A stretch of 52,651 nucleotides of DNA from Flammeovirgaceae bacterium. Its GTDB lineage: Bacteria; Bacteroidota; Bacteroidia; Cytophagales; Cyclobacteriaceae. A program made the translations under genes and the position numbers. This document shows, piece by piece, positions 41,360 to 51,000 of the stretch (its first letter is position 1; every line of letters starts with the position of its first letter). Under the pieces are notes generated by a model. The model ran no database searches, was not told where the DNA came from, and saw only the letters and a list, made by a program, of their open reading frames with translations. The DNA lies in the NCBI GenBank assembly GCA_003232185.1, contig QIMC01000189.1, forward strand, positions 1 through 52,651, written 5' to 3'.

Positions 41360-41373
41360 CCTTTGACTTGACC

Positions 41374-42675
41374 CTAGTAACGATAGGAGTCAGATTTAAA
41401 TGGCCCCTGAGTAGGCACTCCAATGTAATCTGCCTGCTCCTGGCTAAGTATTTCCAGTTCTACTCCAACTTTGGCTAAATGCAAGCTGGCTACTTTTTCG
41501 TCAAGATGCTTGGGTAATGTGTATACCTTATTTTGGTATTTGTCAGTGTTTTCCCACAGCTCAATTTGTGCCAATACCTGATTGGTGAATGAGTTGGACA
41601 TAACAAAGGATGGATGCCCGGTGGCACAGCCAAGGTTTACCAGTCTTCCTTCAGCTAGTAGAATTATGTCTTTCCCATCCAGGTTATATAGATCCACTTG
41701 TGGTTTTACGGTATCTTTTTGAGCATTTCGATTAAGCCAGGACACGTCGATTTCATTGTCAAAATGTCCAATATTACAAACGATGGCTTTGTCTTTCATG
41801 GCCTTGAAATGCCTGCCTACTATAATATCTTTATTGCCAGTTGCAGTTACCACAATGTCAGCTTCTTTTACAGCTTGCTCCATGCGTTTTACCTGATAGC
41901 CATCCATTGAAGCCTGTAAAGCACAAATAGGATCAATCTCAGTAACAATCACCCTTGCACCGGCTCCTCTTAATGAAGCCGCGGACCCTTTGCCAACATC
42001 TCCATAACCCGCAACCACGGCAACTTTACCCGCCATCATTACATCTGTAGCTCTCCTAATCGCATCTACTAATGACTCTTTACAGCCATATTTATTGTCA
42101 AATTTTGACTTAGTAACGGAGTCGTTAATGTTTATTGCAGGCAATGCAAGCGTTCCATTGTTCTCCCGCTCCTTCAGTCTTAAAACGCCGGTAGTAGTTT
42201 CTTCTGAAATACCCTTTATTCCTGAGGTTAATTCCGGAAAACGATCCAGTACCATGTTGGTTAAATCTCCGCCATCATCAAGAATCATATTCAGGGGTTG
42301 ACGATCATCTCCAAAAAACAATGTTTGCTCTATACACCAGTCAAATTCTTCTTCATTCATACCTTTCCAGGCATAAACCGGCACTCCCGACTCCGCAATG
42401 GCGGCAGCCGCATGATCCTGTGTACTAAAAATATTGCATGAGGACCAGGTTACCTCTGCACCCAATTCAATCAGTGTTTCTATCAACACTGCAGTTTGAA
42501 TGGTCATGTGTAAGCAACCAGCGATACGCGCCCCCTTAAGCGGTTTTGAATGGCCGAACTCTTCTCTGATTGACATCAATCCTGGCATTTCCGCTTCCGC
42601 CAAAGTGATTTCCTTCCTTCCCCAAGAAGCTAATTGTATATCTTTGACCTTGTATGTTTGTTTCGTTTCTATCAT
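41374..42675 (-). CDS. ahcY: Adenosylhomocysteinase (SAH hydrolase)
   Basis: 433 aa, …[27 protein letters not shown]…, with NAD-binding GYGDVGKG. Confidence 0.97.
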   Translation of the reverse strand: MIETKQTYKVKDIQLASWGRKEITLAEAEMPGLMSIREEFGHSKPLKGARIAGCLHMTIQTAVLIETLIELGAEVTWSSCNIFSTQDHAAAAIAESGVPVYAWKGMNEEEFDWCIEQTLFFGDDRQPLNMILDDGGDLTNMVLDRFPELTSGIKGISEETTTGVLRLKERENNGTLALPAININDSVTKSKFDNKYGCKESLVDAIRRATDVMMAGKVAVVAGYGDVGKGSAASLRGAGARVIVTEIDPICALQASMDGYQVKRMEQAVKEADIVVTATGNKDIIVGRHFKAMKDKAIVCNIGHFDNEIDVSWLNRNAQKDTVKPQVDLYNLDGKDIILLAEGRLVNLGCATGHPSFVMSNSFTNQVLAQIELWENTDKYQNKVYTLPKHLDEKVASLHLAKVGVELEILSQEQADYIGVPTQGPFKSDSYRY

Positions 42676-42761
42676 TATTATACACTTAAATATTTGCTCA
42701 AATCTAATATTTTATAAGGTAATGTTAAAGCTGCTCTACCATTATTCATAATAAACTACCT

Positions 42762-42865
42762 CGACGAAGAGCATGCGAGGTATTAAGTTGAATTTATTTT
42801 AATATTTTGACGCAAAGCGTCAGGGAATTAAACCCAATCTTCTCGTCCGCCGAGCTCCTTCGTCG
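42762..42865. other. About 104-nt multi-hairpin element closed by an 11-bp imperfect inverted repeat. GC-rich island in the birA-ahcY spacer.
   Basis: CGACGAAGAGC (42762-42772) pairs with GCTCCTTCGTCG (42854-42865) with one bulge. Inside are the hairpins CTCG/CGAG (42842-42854) and GGG/CCC (42823-42835) and the perfect palindrome TGACGC-AAA-GCGTCA (42808-42822). Confidence 0.4.
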
Positions 42866-42906
42866 TAGCCGACTTCGGTGTTGACGCAAGCGAACGTGAA
42901 GGAGGA

Positions 42907-43671
42907 TTAATGAAGAAAAGTCAGTGCTTTAGAATCAAATACCTCCCGTTTATTATTTAAGTTGATTATCAACTTACCCTCCTCACTTACGCCTTGAATG
43001 ACCCCTGAAAAGGGTTTATTGAGGAGGTTATTTTGAAAGGTTCTCTGCTCATTTAACCACATCAGTCGATCAGTATATTTTGAACGCAATTCATCATACC
43101 CTCCTGATTTCAGGCATTTATAGTGCCCATTCAGTCGAAGAAGTAAGGTTTGGAGTACCCGCTTCAATTTTAATTCCTTATTCAATTCCAGTTTTACACT
43201 AGTGGCCATGGGTGTTTCAAAACTGCTCTGATTTACATTGAGCCCGATGCCTATAATTGACCATTCCAACCTGTTGGCACGTACAGTATTTTCAATTAGA
43301 ATTCCTGCAATCTTTGATCCGTTATAATAAATATCATTTGGCCATTTTATTTTGGAGGCTGGCATTCCTAAATCTTCTAAAGCACTGGTCAGAGCCAATG
43401 AAGAGATCACAGTTAATTCAAATTGTTTGGCTATGGGTAGAAACCCGGGTTTTAGAATAATTGACAAAGTCAAATTTTTACCGGGCTGTGATTCCCAGCT
43501 ATTACCCCGTTGACCCTTGCCTGCCGTTTGGTTTTCAGTTACTATCACCGTCCCTTCTACCGTGCTGCTTTCTGCCAATAAGTCAGCGGCAACTGCATTT
43601 GTAGAGTGACAAGAAGGCAGTTGTAGTAGTCTTGAGCCTATAAATAAAGATTGTATTGGATCCTTATGCAA
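42907..43671 (-). CDS. birA: Biotin--[acetyl-CoA-carboxylase] ligase (group I, no DNA-binding domain). TTG start.
   Basis: 254 aa, …SCHSTNAVA…TENQTAGKGQRGNSWES…. The start codon 43669-43671 is TTG with an in-frame TAG immediately upstream and no nearby ATG. Confidence 0.88.
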   Translation of the reverse strand: MHKDPIQSLFIGSRLLQLPSCHSTNAVAADLLAESSTVEGTVIVTENQTAGKGQRGNSWESQPGKNLTLSIILKPGFLPIAKQFELTVISSLALTSALEDLGMPASKIKWPNDIYYNGSKIAGILIENTVRANRLEWSIIGIGLNVNQSSFETPMATSVKLELNKELKLKRVLQTLLLRLNGHYKCLKSGGYDELRSKYTDRLMWLNEQRTFQNNLLNKPFSGVIQGVSEEGKLIINLNNKREVFDSKALTFLH

Positions 43672-43732
43672 CTATTTTTTTGTAGCTTTGTTTTGCAAAT
43701 TTAACACATTACTACCAATTGAAGAAGATCGA

Positions 43733-44083
43733 ATGAGCTCCCAGGATTTATGCAAATTCGTGGTAGAGGGAATGCAGGAAAAAAAGGCTTTGGACATCGT
43801 TACCATGGATTTGAGGGATGTGGAGCATGCTATTTCTGATTATTTTGTCATTTGCACCGGCCACTCCGATACTCAAATTGATGCCATCTGCCACTCCATA
43901 GAAGAGGCGGTGCAATTGAACGCTAACATTCATCCCTGGCATCATGAAGGCAAGCAAAATAAGGAATGGATTTTGCTAGACTATATTGACGTGGTTGTGC
44001 ACATATTCCGGAAAGATAGGAGGGACTACTATGCCATTGAAGAATTATGGGCAGATGCACAATCTACCTTGGTAGAAAACTAA
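43733..44083 (+). CDS. rsfS: Ribosome silencing factor RsfS
   Basis: The ORF track start (43688) is a TTG. I trimmed to ATG 43733 (MSSQDLCKFVVEGMQEKKALDIVTMDLRDV…DYFVICTG…, 116 aa). Confidence 0.88.
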   Translation: MSSQDLCKFVVEGMQEKKALDIVTMDLRDVEHAISDYFVICTGHSDTQIDAICHSIEEAVQLNANIHPWHHEGKQNKEWILLDYIDVVVHIFRKDRRDYYAIEELWADAQSTLVEN

Positions 44084-44122
44084 ACCTAGCGTTAAAAATA
44101 CCGTTATAGCTTAAAAACTGAT

Positions 44123-46306
44123 ATGGCAAACAATCCAACCAATAAGAATACCAATAAACTACCCCAGAAAAACAATTATCAGGTTTGGATAATTGCTTCT
44201 TTGGTAGCCCTTATTCTTGGTATATCTTATTTCACCAACAGTACAGAGACCATCAAGATCAACCAATCCCGTTTTGAACAAATGGTAATGGACAACGATG
44301 TTGACCAGATCGTGTTCATTAAAAATAAGGAAAAAGTAGAGATTACACTTAAGGAGGATGCCCTCAACAACAGCAAATACAAACAAGAATTAGAAAGTCA
44401 AAGGCCATGGGGCGGCCTGGGAGGACCACACTTTAGTTTCACTGTGGTATCAATTGAAATTTTCGATAGTGAATTTAAAGAACTTCGTTCAAAGTTGCCT
44501 TCTGAACAAGCCAGGGCACTTCATTATACAGCTGAAGTAAGAAACGATCCATGGGGTTTCTTTTGGACCTGGGGATTTCTTATACTGATACTGTTCGGGT
44601 TTTGGTTTTTAATGAGAAAGATGACCGGTGGAGGGGGGCCTGGAGGTCAAATTTTCAATATTGGCAAATCACGGGCAGCACTATTTGATGCGGACAATAA
44701 AGTTAAAATTACTTTTTCCGATGTAGCAGGACTAGAGGAAGCAAAGGAGGAGGTTAAAGAAATCGTAGACTTTTTAAAAAAACCTGAAAAATTTACCAAG
44801 CTGGGTGGAAAAATACCGAAAGGGGCATTGCTCATAGGACCTCCCGGTACAGGTAAAACCCTATTGGCCAAAGCAGTAGCCGGTGAAGCTGCAGTACCCT
44901 TCTTTTCTCTATCCGGCTCCGATTTTGTCGAGATGTTTGTTGGTGTCGGTGCGGCCCGGGTCAGAGACCTTTTCAAACAAGCCAAGGAGAAAGCACCCTG
45001 TATTGTATTCATAGATGAGATAGATGCCATAGGTCGTTCCAGAGGTAGAGGGCAGGTTCCCGGATCCAATGATGAACGAGAGAACACACTGAACTCGCTC
45101 CTGGTAGAAATGGATGGGTTTGATACAGATAGTGGAGTCATTATCCTTGCAGCAACCAACCGACCAGATGTTTTAGATCACGCCTTACTACGTCCTGGAA
45201 GATTTGATCGCCAAATCAGCATTGACAAGCCGGACATTGTTGGTCGTAATGAAATATTTAAAGTCCACTTAAAACCCTTAAAGCTTGCCAAGACAGTGGA
45301 TTCAAAAAACCTTGCTGCCCAAACCCCTGGTTTTGCAGGAGCCGAAATTGCCAATGTTTGCAATGAAGCTGCACTAATTGCAGCCCGTAAAGACAAAGAA
45401 TCGATTGAGATGATCGACTTTCAAGATGCAATAGATCGGGTAATTGGTGGGCTCGAAAAGAAAAATAAAATAATTTCACCTGAAGAAAAGAAAATTGTAG
45501 CCTATCATGAAGCAGGCCATGCCGTTGCCGGATGGTACCTGGAATACGCTGATCCGTTGGTCAAAGTAAGTATTGTACCCAGAGGAGCAGCAGCATTGGG
45601 ATATGCCCAATATTTACCCAAAGAACAATACCTTTACCAGACAGAGCAGTTACTGGACGAAATGAGCATGACCCTTGGTGGAAGAGCTGCAGAAGAAATT
45701 GTTTTGGGAAAGATCTCCACCGGAGCCCTCAGCGATTTGGAACGAGTGACAAAAATGGCTTATAGCATGGTCACCATGTATGGCATGAATGACAAGATTG
45801 GCAACGTTTCATTTTATGAATCCAAACAATCGGAATACTCTTTTAACAAGCCTTATTCCGAATCAACAGCTCAGACCATTGATGAGGAAGTCCGAAAAAT
45901 CATCAACAAGGCATTTGAACGCACCAAGAAACTACTCAAAAGCAAACAAAAGGAACTGGAAATTGTTGCTGAAGAGCTTTTAGAAAAGGAAATAATATTT
46001 CAAAGCGATCTGGAAAGACTGATCGGAGAACGACCATTTGAGAAACAAACCACCTATCAAGCCTTTACCAATGGTCAGGCTGACAAGGAGGACATTGAGA
46101 CTTCGACAGCTCAGGCAAACCCAGATGTAGCAGATAGTGGTACAGATGAATTGGAGTTAAAGGGGAATCTAAAAGCAGATAGCAGCGCAGAAGATTTGAA
46201 TCCAACCAATCTGTCAAAAACTGATAATGGAACCAGCGATATGAATGATGGGCTTGAGGAAAACGACTCCGTAAAAACGAAGAGAATACCTGGGGATCAA
46301 GAATAA
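44123..46306 (+). CDS. ftsH: ATP-dependent zinc metalloprotease FtsH
   Basis: 727 aa with two N-terminal TM segments, Walker A GPPGTGKT, Walker B VFIDEID and zinc motif HEAGHA. It has an ~86-aa acidic low-complexity C-terminal tail. Confidence 0.98.
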   Translation: MANNPTNKNTNKLPQKNNYQVWIIASLVALILGISYFTNSTETIKINQSRFEQMVMDNDVDQIVFIKNKEKVEITLKEDALNNSKYKQELESQRPWGGLGGPHFSFTVVSIEIFDSEFKELRSKLPSEQARALHYTAEVRNDPWGFFWTWGFLILILFGFWFLMRKMTGGGGPGGQIFNIGKSRAALFDADNKVKITFSDVAGLEEAKEEVKEIVDFLKKPEKFTKLGGKIPKGALLIGPPGTGKTLLAKAVAGEAAVPFFSLSGSDFVEMFVGVGAARVRDLFKQAKEKAPCIVFIDEIDAIGRSRGRGQVPGSNDERENTLNSLLVEMDGFDTDSGVIILAATNRPDVLDHALLRPGRFDRQISIDKPDIVGRNEIFKVHLKPLKLAKTVDSKNLAAQTPGFAGAEIANVCNEAALIAARKDKESIEMIDFQDAIDRVIGGLEKKNKIISPEEKKIVAYHEAGHAVAGWYLEYADPLVKVSIVPRGAAALGYAQYLPKEQYLYQTEQLLDEMSMTLGGRAAEEIVLGKISTGALSDLERVTKMAYSMVTMYGMNDKIGNVSFYESKQSEYSFNKPYSESTAQTIDEEVRKIINKAFERTKKLLKSKQKELEIVAEELLEKEIIFQSDLERLIGERPFEKQTTYQAFTNGQADKEDIETSTAQANPDVADSGTDELELKGNLKADSSAEDLNPTNLSKTDNGTSDMNDGLEENDSVKTKRIPGDQE

Positions 46307-46374
46307 TTACAAAATAATTTGCCTATTTTGTAGATCAGGCTTATTATAACTGATCTTCCCGTGTTTCCTGTGCC

Positions 46375-47139
46375 ATGATACATGATTTACAACTTCCTGA
46401 AGGCAAGAAGCTGTTTTTTGCTTCTGATTACCACTTAGGTGAGCCTGACTATAAAACCAGTCGGGAACGTGAGAAAAAGGTGGTTTCATGGTTGGATCGT
46501 TGTCAAGACCAAGCTGCAGGTTTCTTTCTTCTAGGAGATATATTTGATTTTTGGTTTGAATATCACCACGTTGTACCCAAGGGTTATGTTCGTTTCCTGG
46601 GGAAATTAGCAGAGATCACAGACCGAGGCATACCGGTGTTCTTTTTTACAGGTAATCACGACATGTGGCTGTTCGACTATTTTTCACAAGAACTAAACAT
46701 CTCGGTTTTTCGTGAACCACAATCTTTCACGGTAAATAATACCACGATACAGGTTGGGCACGGAGACGGTTTGGGCCCGGGGCAAGTTTCATATAAATTA
46801 CTGAAGGCAGTTTTTTCCAATCCCTTATGTCAATGGCTATTTAAGTGGTTACACCCGAATTATGGGTTTGCGGTGGCCAATCTATGGTCCCGGAAAAGCA
46901 GAAACCAAAACGGGGTAGCACAACCTTTTATTTCTCCGGGCGATGAGAATATTTTTCAGTATTGTCAACAAATTGAAAATGATACCCATCACGATTTCTA
47001 TGTGTATGGACACCGACATCTTGCACTGGAGCTCCCGGTAAATCATCGGAGCGTCTATTACAATATAGGGGAATGGATTCAAGGCTTTACCTATGGTGTA
47101 TATGACGGTACTGATTTCAAGCTTAAAACATTCGAATAG
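46375..47139 (+). CDS. lpxH: UDP-2,3-diacylglucosamine diphosphatase (LpxH-type metallophosphoesterase)
   Basis: 254 aa with calcineurin-like motifs …FFASDYHLG…, …LLGDIFDFW…, …TGNHDMW…, …GHGD…, …YGHRH…. Confidence 0.75.
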   Translation: MIHDLQLPEGKKLFFASDYHLGEPDYKTSREREKKVVSWLDRCQDQAAGFFLLGDIFDFWFEYHHVVPKGYVRFLGKLAEITDRGIPVFFFTGNHDMWLFDYFSQELNISVFREPQSFTVNNTTIQVGHGDGLGPGQVSYKLLKAVFSNPLCQWLFKWLHPNYGFAVANLWSRKSRNQNGVAQPFISPGDENIFQYCQQIENDTHHDFYVYGHRHLALELPVNHRSVYYNIGEWIQGFTYGVYDGTDFKLKTFE

Positions 47140-47947
47140 AAGGTTGGGCATTGTCCTGGCCTCAATGTTGTGTTGTCTATTTACCAATGCACAGCAATGG
47201 GAATTGCTGGATAGTCAAGCATTGGAACTACCGGTGCGAATGATTAGTGCTGATAGACTCCACAATATATATATTAATGACAGCAAGGGAAATATCCGCA
47301 AACTTGACTCTCTGGGGCATCCTTTAGCATTGTATGCCCCATCACAATTTGGCAATCTAACTACCATAGATTCATGGGCTTCGTTCAGGGTTTTTTTATT
47401 TTATGAAGATACCCAAAGATTTGTTTTTTTAGATCGATACCTGGCTGCCAGTGATTTTTCTGAATTCCCGATAGACCAATTTGGATTTGTCAGGTTGGCT
47501 GCTCCAAGTAGTGACAATCAGGTCTGGTTGCTAGATCTCAGGCCATTGAGTCTTTCTAAATTCGATTTCACTTTCAATGACATCACCCTAAACCAGTCGC
47601 TGAATCAACTTTCTGACACCTTAAATTTCAACCCTTATCAACTTATGGAGTACCAAAATCGAGTGTATTTAGGGGATAGCAAAATTGGCGTATTGGTTTT
47701 TGATAATCTTGGAAATTATCTTCGAACACTGGCAAAACCCGAATTATCACAATTTCATTTACAAGGGGAGCAACTGTATTATTTGAAAGGACATCAACTT
47801 TTTCTATTTTCTATCTATAGTGATCAGGAGCAAGTTATTGAACTTCCAGCCACTGGATTAACTTATCATCATGTACTTAAATTGGGAGAGGTTACAGTAT
47901 TAATATCAAGTACACATATCTACTTTTACCGTTATAAAAAAGTATAG
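47093..47947 (+). CDS. Hypothetical secreted protein (start uncertain)
   Basis: 284-aa ORF with a signal-peptide-like …RRLGIVLASMLCCLFTNAQQ…. ATG 47093 overlaps the lpxH 3' end by 47 nt. Alternative starts are ATG 47102, TTG 47144 and ATG 47165. No domain was recognised. Confidence 0.55.
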   Translation: MVYMTVLISSLKHSNRRLGIVLASMLCCLFTNAQQWELLDSQALELPVRMISADRLHNIYINDSKGNIRKLDSLGHPLALYAPSQFGNLTTIDSWASFRVFLFYEDTQRFVFLDRYLAASDFSEFPIDQFGFVRLAAPSSDNQVWLLDLRPLSLSKFDFTFNDITLNQSLNQLSDTLNFNPYQLMEYQNRVYLGDSKIGVLVFDNLGNYLRTLAKPELSQFHLQGEQLYYLKGHQLFLFSIYSDQEQVIELPATGLTYHHVLKLGEVTVLISSTHIYFYRYKKV

Positions 47948-48001
47948 CTATTTAAGGGTTTATTTCCAATGGTGGGAATTCAGATACATCAGAGATATTA
48001 C

Positions 48002-51000
48002 CTAAAATGCGTTGGGTTGAATTGCTATGGCTTGTAAGTAGTACTGGTTATTTGCTACTAATACTACCGGTTTTCCCTCACTACCCCATTTGAGTATCTT
48101 CATATCTTTGGAATCGTGGGGTGCAAAAAATCCACTTTCTTTTAAGGAAATAGGAGTGAAGTATCCGTTGCCGTCTCCTTTTAAGAACAACCCCATTCCT
48201 GCATCGTTCCTTGGGGTTTCAATTTCGGAGGCATATAAGTTTCCGCTAATCAGTAGATCCAGATGACCATCCTCATCAAAATCACCGGTTAGAATATTAT
48301 TGATGTTAGATATCTGGGCTTCATTGTGAAGGGGCCTGGATACAAAATGTCCATTGCCCCTGTTTTCGAGATAGGCGGAGGCGAATGTCACCGCCTGATA
48401 ATGCACTGCCTGATCAAGCCCCTCTCCATAAATATCTCGAAGATTCGCTGCTCCAAAAGCTTCAAAAGTGGGAAATTGTTCAGAAATAATGGGGACTTGC
48501 TGACTGGAACATGATCGCCCCCGCACAGGATAGGTTTCGCCATGCTCATAATAGCTAAGCACAATATCTGAATAACCATTTTCATCGAAATCATCATAGT
48601 ATATCTCAAATGGTGCCTGATCTGAAGCCTTATATTTGTAGTTAAGTCCTAAGTTGCCTACTATTAGGTCTTGATCGCCATCATTGTCGAAATCCTCAGC
48701 AACCACCTGGTAGTACCAACCACTGCTATTTTCAAGAGTAGTTTGAGCAGTAATATTGGTGAATTGTCCATCGATATTCTGAAATAAGGTAACCGGCATC
48801 CATTCCCCTACTACTACCAGGTCTTCGGCCCCATCACCATTAAAGTCTGTCCACTCAGCAGCAGTCACCAGACCTAACTGCAATAATCCGGGGGCACTTT
48901 GGGCTGTTATATCATGAAATGTCCCGTGACGATTTTCTAATAGATGACTTGATGCCGGTAGCGGGTACTTTCCTGGAATTAACCGCCCCCCTACAAATAA
49001 ATCCAGGTCTCCATCTCCATCGTAATCAAATGGTTTGACACATGAGCCGCTGGTTAATAATTCAGGTAAATAGCCTTCCCCTAATGAATAGGTGCCCCTA
49101 CCCTGGTTAATATACAAGCGGTCCTGCAGTTCTTGTGCCTGTTGATCAAATTCGTTGCCTCCACTTACTACATACAAATCGAGATCTCCATCATTGTCAA
49201 AATCAAGAAATACCGCTGCCAAATCTTCATATTGATTTTGACCCGACCAAAAATCAATTTGGCTGGATAAGAATAATCCATCTATATTTTGGGTGTATAG
49301 TGTAGGTGGATACCCAGCTGCTCCACCTACAAAGAAATCGTCCAATCCATCATTGTTGACATCTCCTGTGGCCAACCCAGGACCAAAGTTTGACATCTTG
49401 TGAGGAAGCAGTAGCTCTTTTTTATAGTCATTATAATTATTCTCTTTATGCTTGTGCCTGAGCCCAAGTTGTTCGGTAACCTCCGTAAAGAGCTTTGGTA
49501 TCTTAGGAATTTCAGGTGGCAGGTTTACTAGGGATTCTTCTTTTATAACAATCAATATTTGATTCGCAGCTACTTTTTTTAAGGTCTGATAGCTTCCCCC
49601 TGGCCAAATCACCATTAGTGAATCTATAAATACTTCTTCTCCCAAGCCAAAATGAATCCAATCTTCACTCTTTGACATATAACCTCTGGCATTGCTCAAT
49701 ACTCCCAGTTGCCAAAATTTACCAGATCGATATAGCTTTACACTGGCCCCTATTACTGGGTTGCCGTATTCTTCCAATAATTTAAACCTGATAAAATTTC
49801 CCTTTGTTGTTTCAGTGGTGTTGTTGCGATAAACTGAAGCGGGTGCATCCATGTTATTAATTACTAAGTCCAAATCACCATCCAGGTCCAAATCACCATA
49901 GGCTGATCCGAATGAAAAACCGGAATCTTGCAGCCCCCACTCTTCTGTCATTTTCTCGAACGTAAGGTTTCCCTTATTTCGAAAGATATAGTTAGGAACT
50001 TCAATGGCAGGGGCCATTTGCACGAATTCCATAATATCAATGATCTCCCGCAACTCCTTTCCCTGTTGCTGGGCCACATACTCCAGGCTGTCCAACCTGG
50101 TAGTGATTAACTGATCTAAATCACTATGCCGTTGATTGCGTTTAATTCCATTGGTTACCACCAAATCTTTCCAGCCATCATTGTCAAAATCTGCCCACAA
50201 AGGACCCCAACTCCAATCACTACTTGACACTCCACCGATTTGTGCCAGTTCGCTGAAGGTCCCGTTCCCGTTATTGCGTTGTAGGGTATTGAACATGTAT
50301 TGATAATGCCAACCGCTGTTTACTACCTTCCAGAAACGCTCCACGCTCATACCACCCATGTTGGTTTTAATACTCTTGTGATCTTCAGCCATCATATCGA
50401 CTACCATAATATCCAATAGTCCATCATTGTTGTAGTCAGCCACATCCGACCCCATGCTAAAGCTTGACATGTGCTTTACCGCCTGATTGGCCACGTTTTT
50501 AAATGTCCCATCACCTTGATTAAAATATAAGTGATCAGGACGGTCAAAATCATTGGCTACATAAATATCAGGCCATCCGTCTTCATTAAAATCTCCCACA
50601 GAGGCAGATAGTCCGTATGCTAAATTGAGCAATCCAGCTTCCAAGGTCACATCCTCAAATTTCTCAGACCCATTATTCCAATAAAACCTATCAGAGTAGA
50701 TCATAGATTGTGCATTCAGGTATTTAGGTGCTTTTCCGGATCGCTTCCCTAAGCTGGGAGGTTGATTAACCAAATACATGTCAAGAAGCCCATCCTGGTC
50801 CGCATCAAAGAATGTGGCTTGAACGGAAAAACCCCGGTCCGAAAGGCCATAAGCAGCAGCCTTTTCCGTAAATGTGAGGTCTCCGTTGTTGATATATAGT
50901 AAATTCTGGCTAAGTTGAGGGTTTTCCTGAACACTACGACACACATAAATGTCGATAAATCCATCTTTGTTTATGTCGGCCATGGTAACTCCGGTAGACC

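Noticed and set aside
42676-42906. Possible SAH (or SAM-family) riboswitch upstream of ahcY
   Set aside because: I could not find the conserved SAH-riboswitch core strings I remember (…AGGCUCGG… / …CAACGGCGCUC…) on either strand. The structured island also appears to lie upstream of the best -7 promoter box rather than in the 5' UTR. It is reported only as an unclassified structured element, and an Infernal scan is needed for a firm answer.
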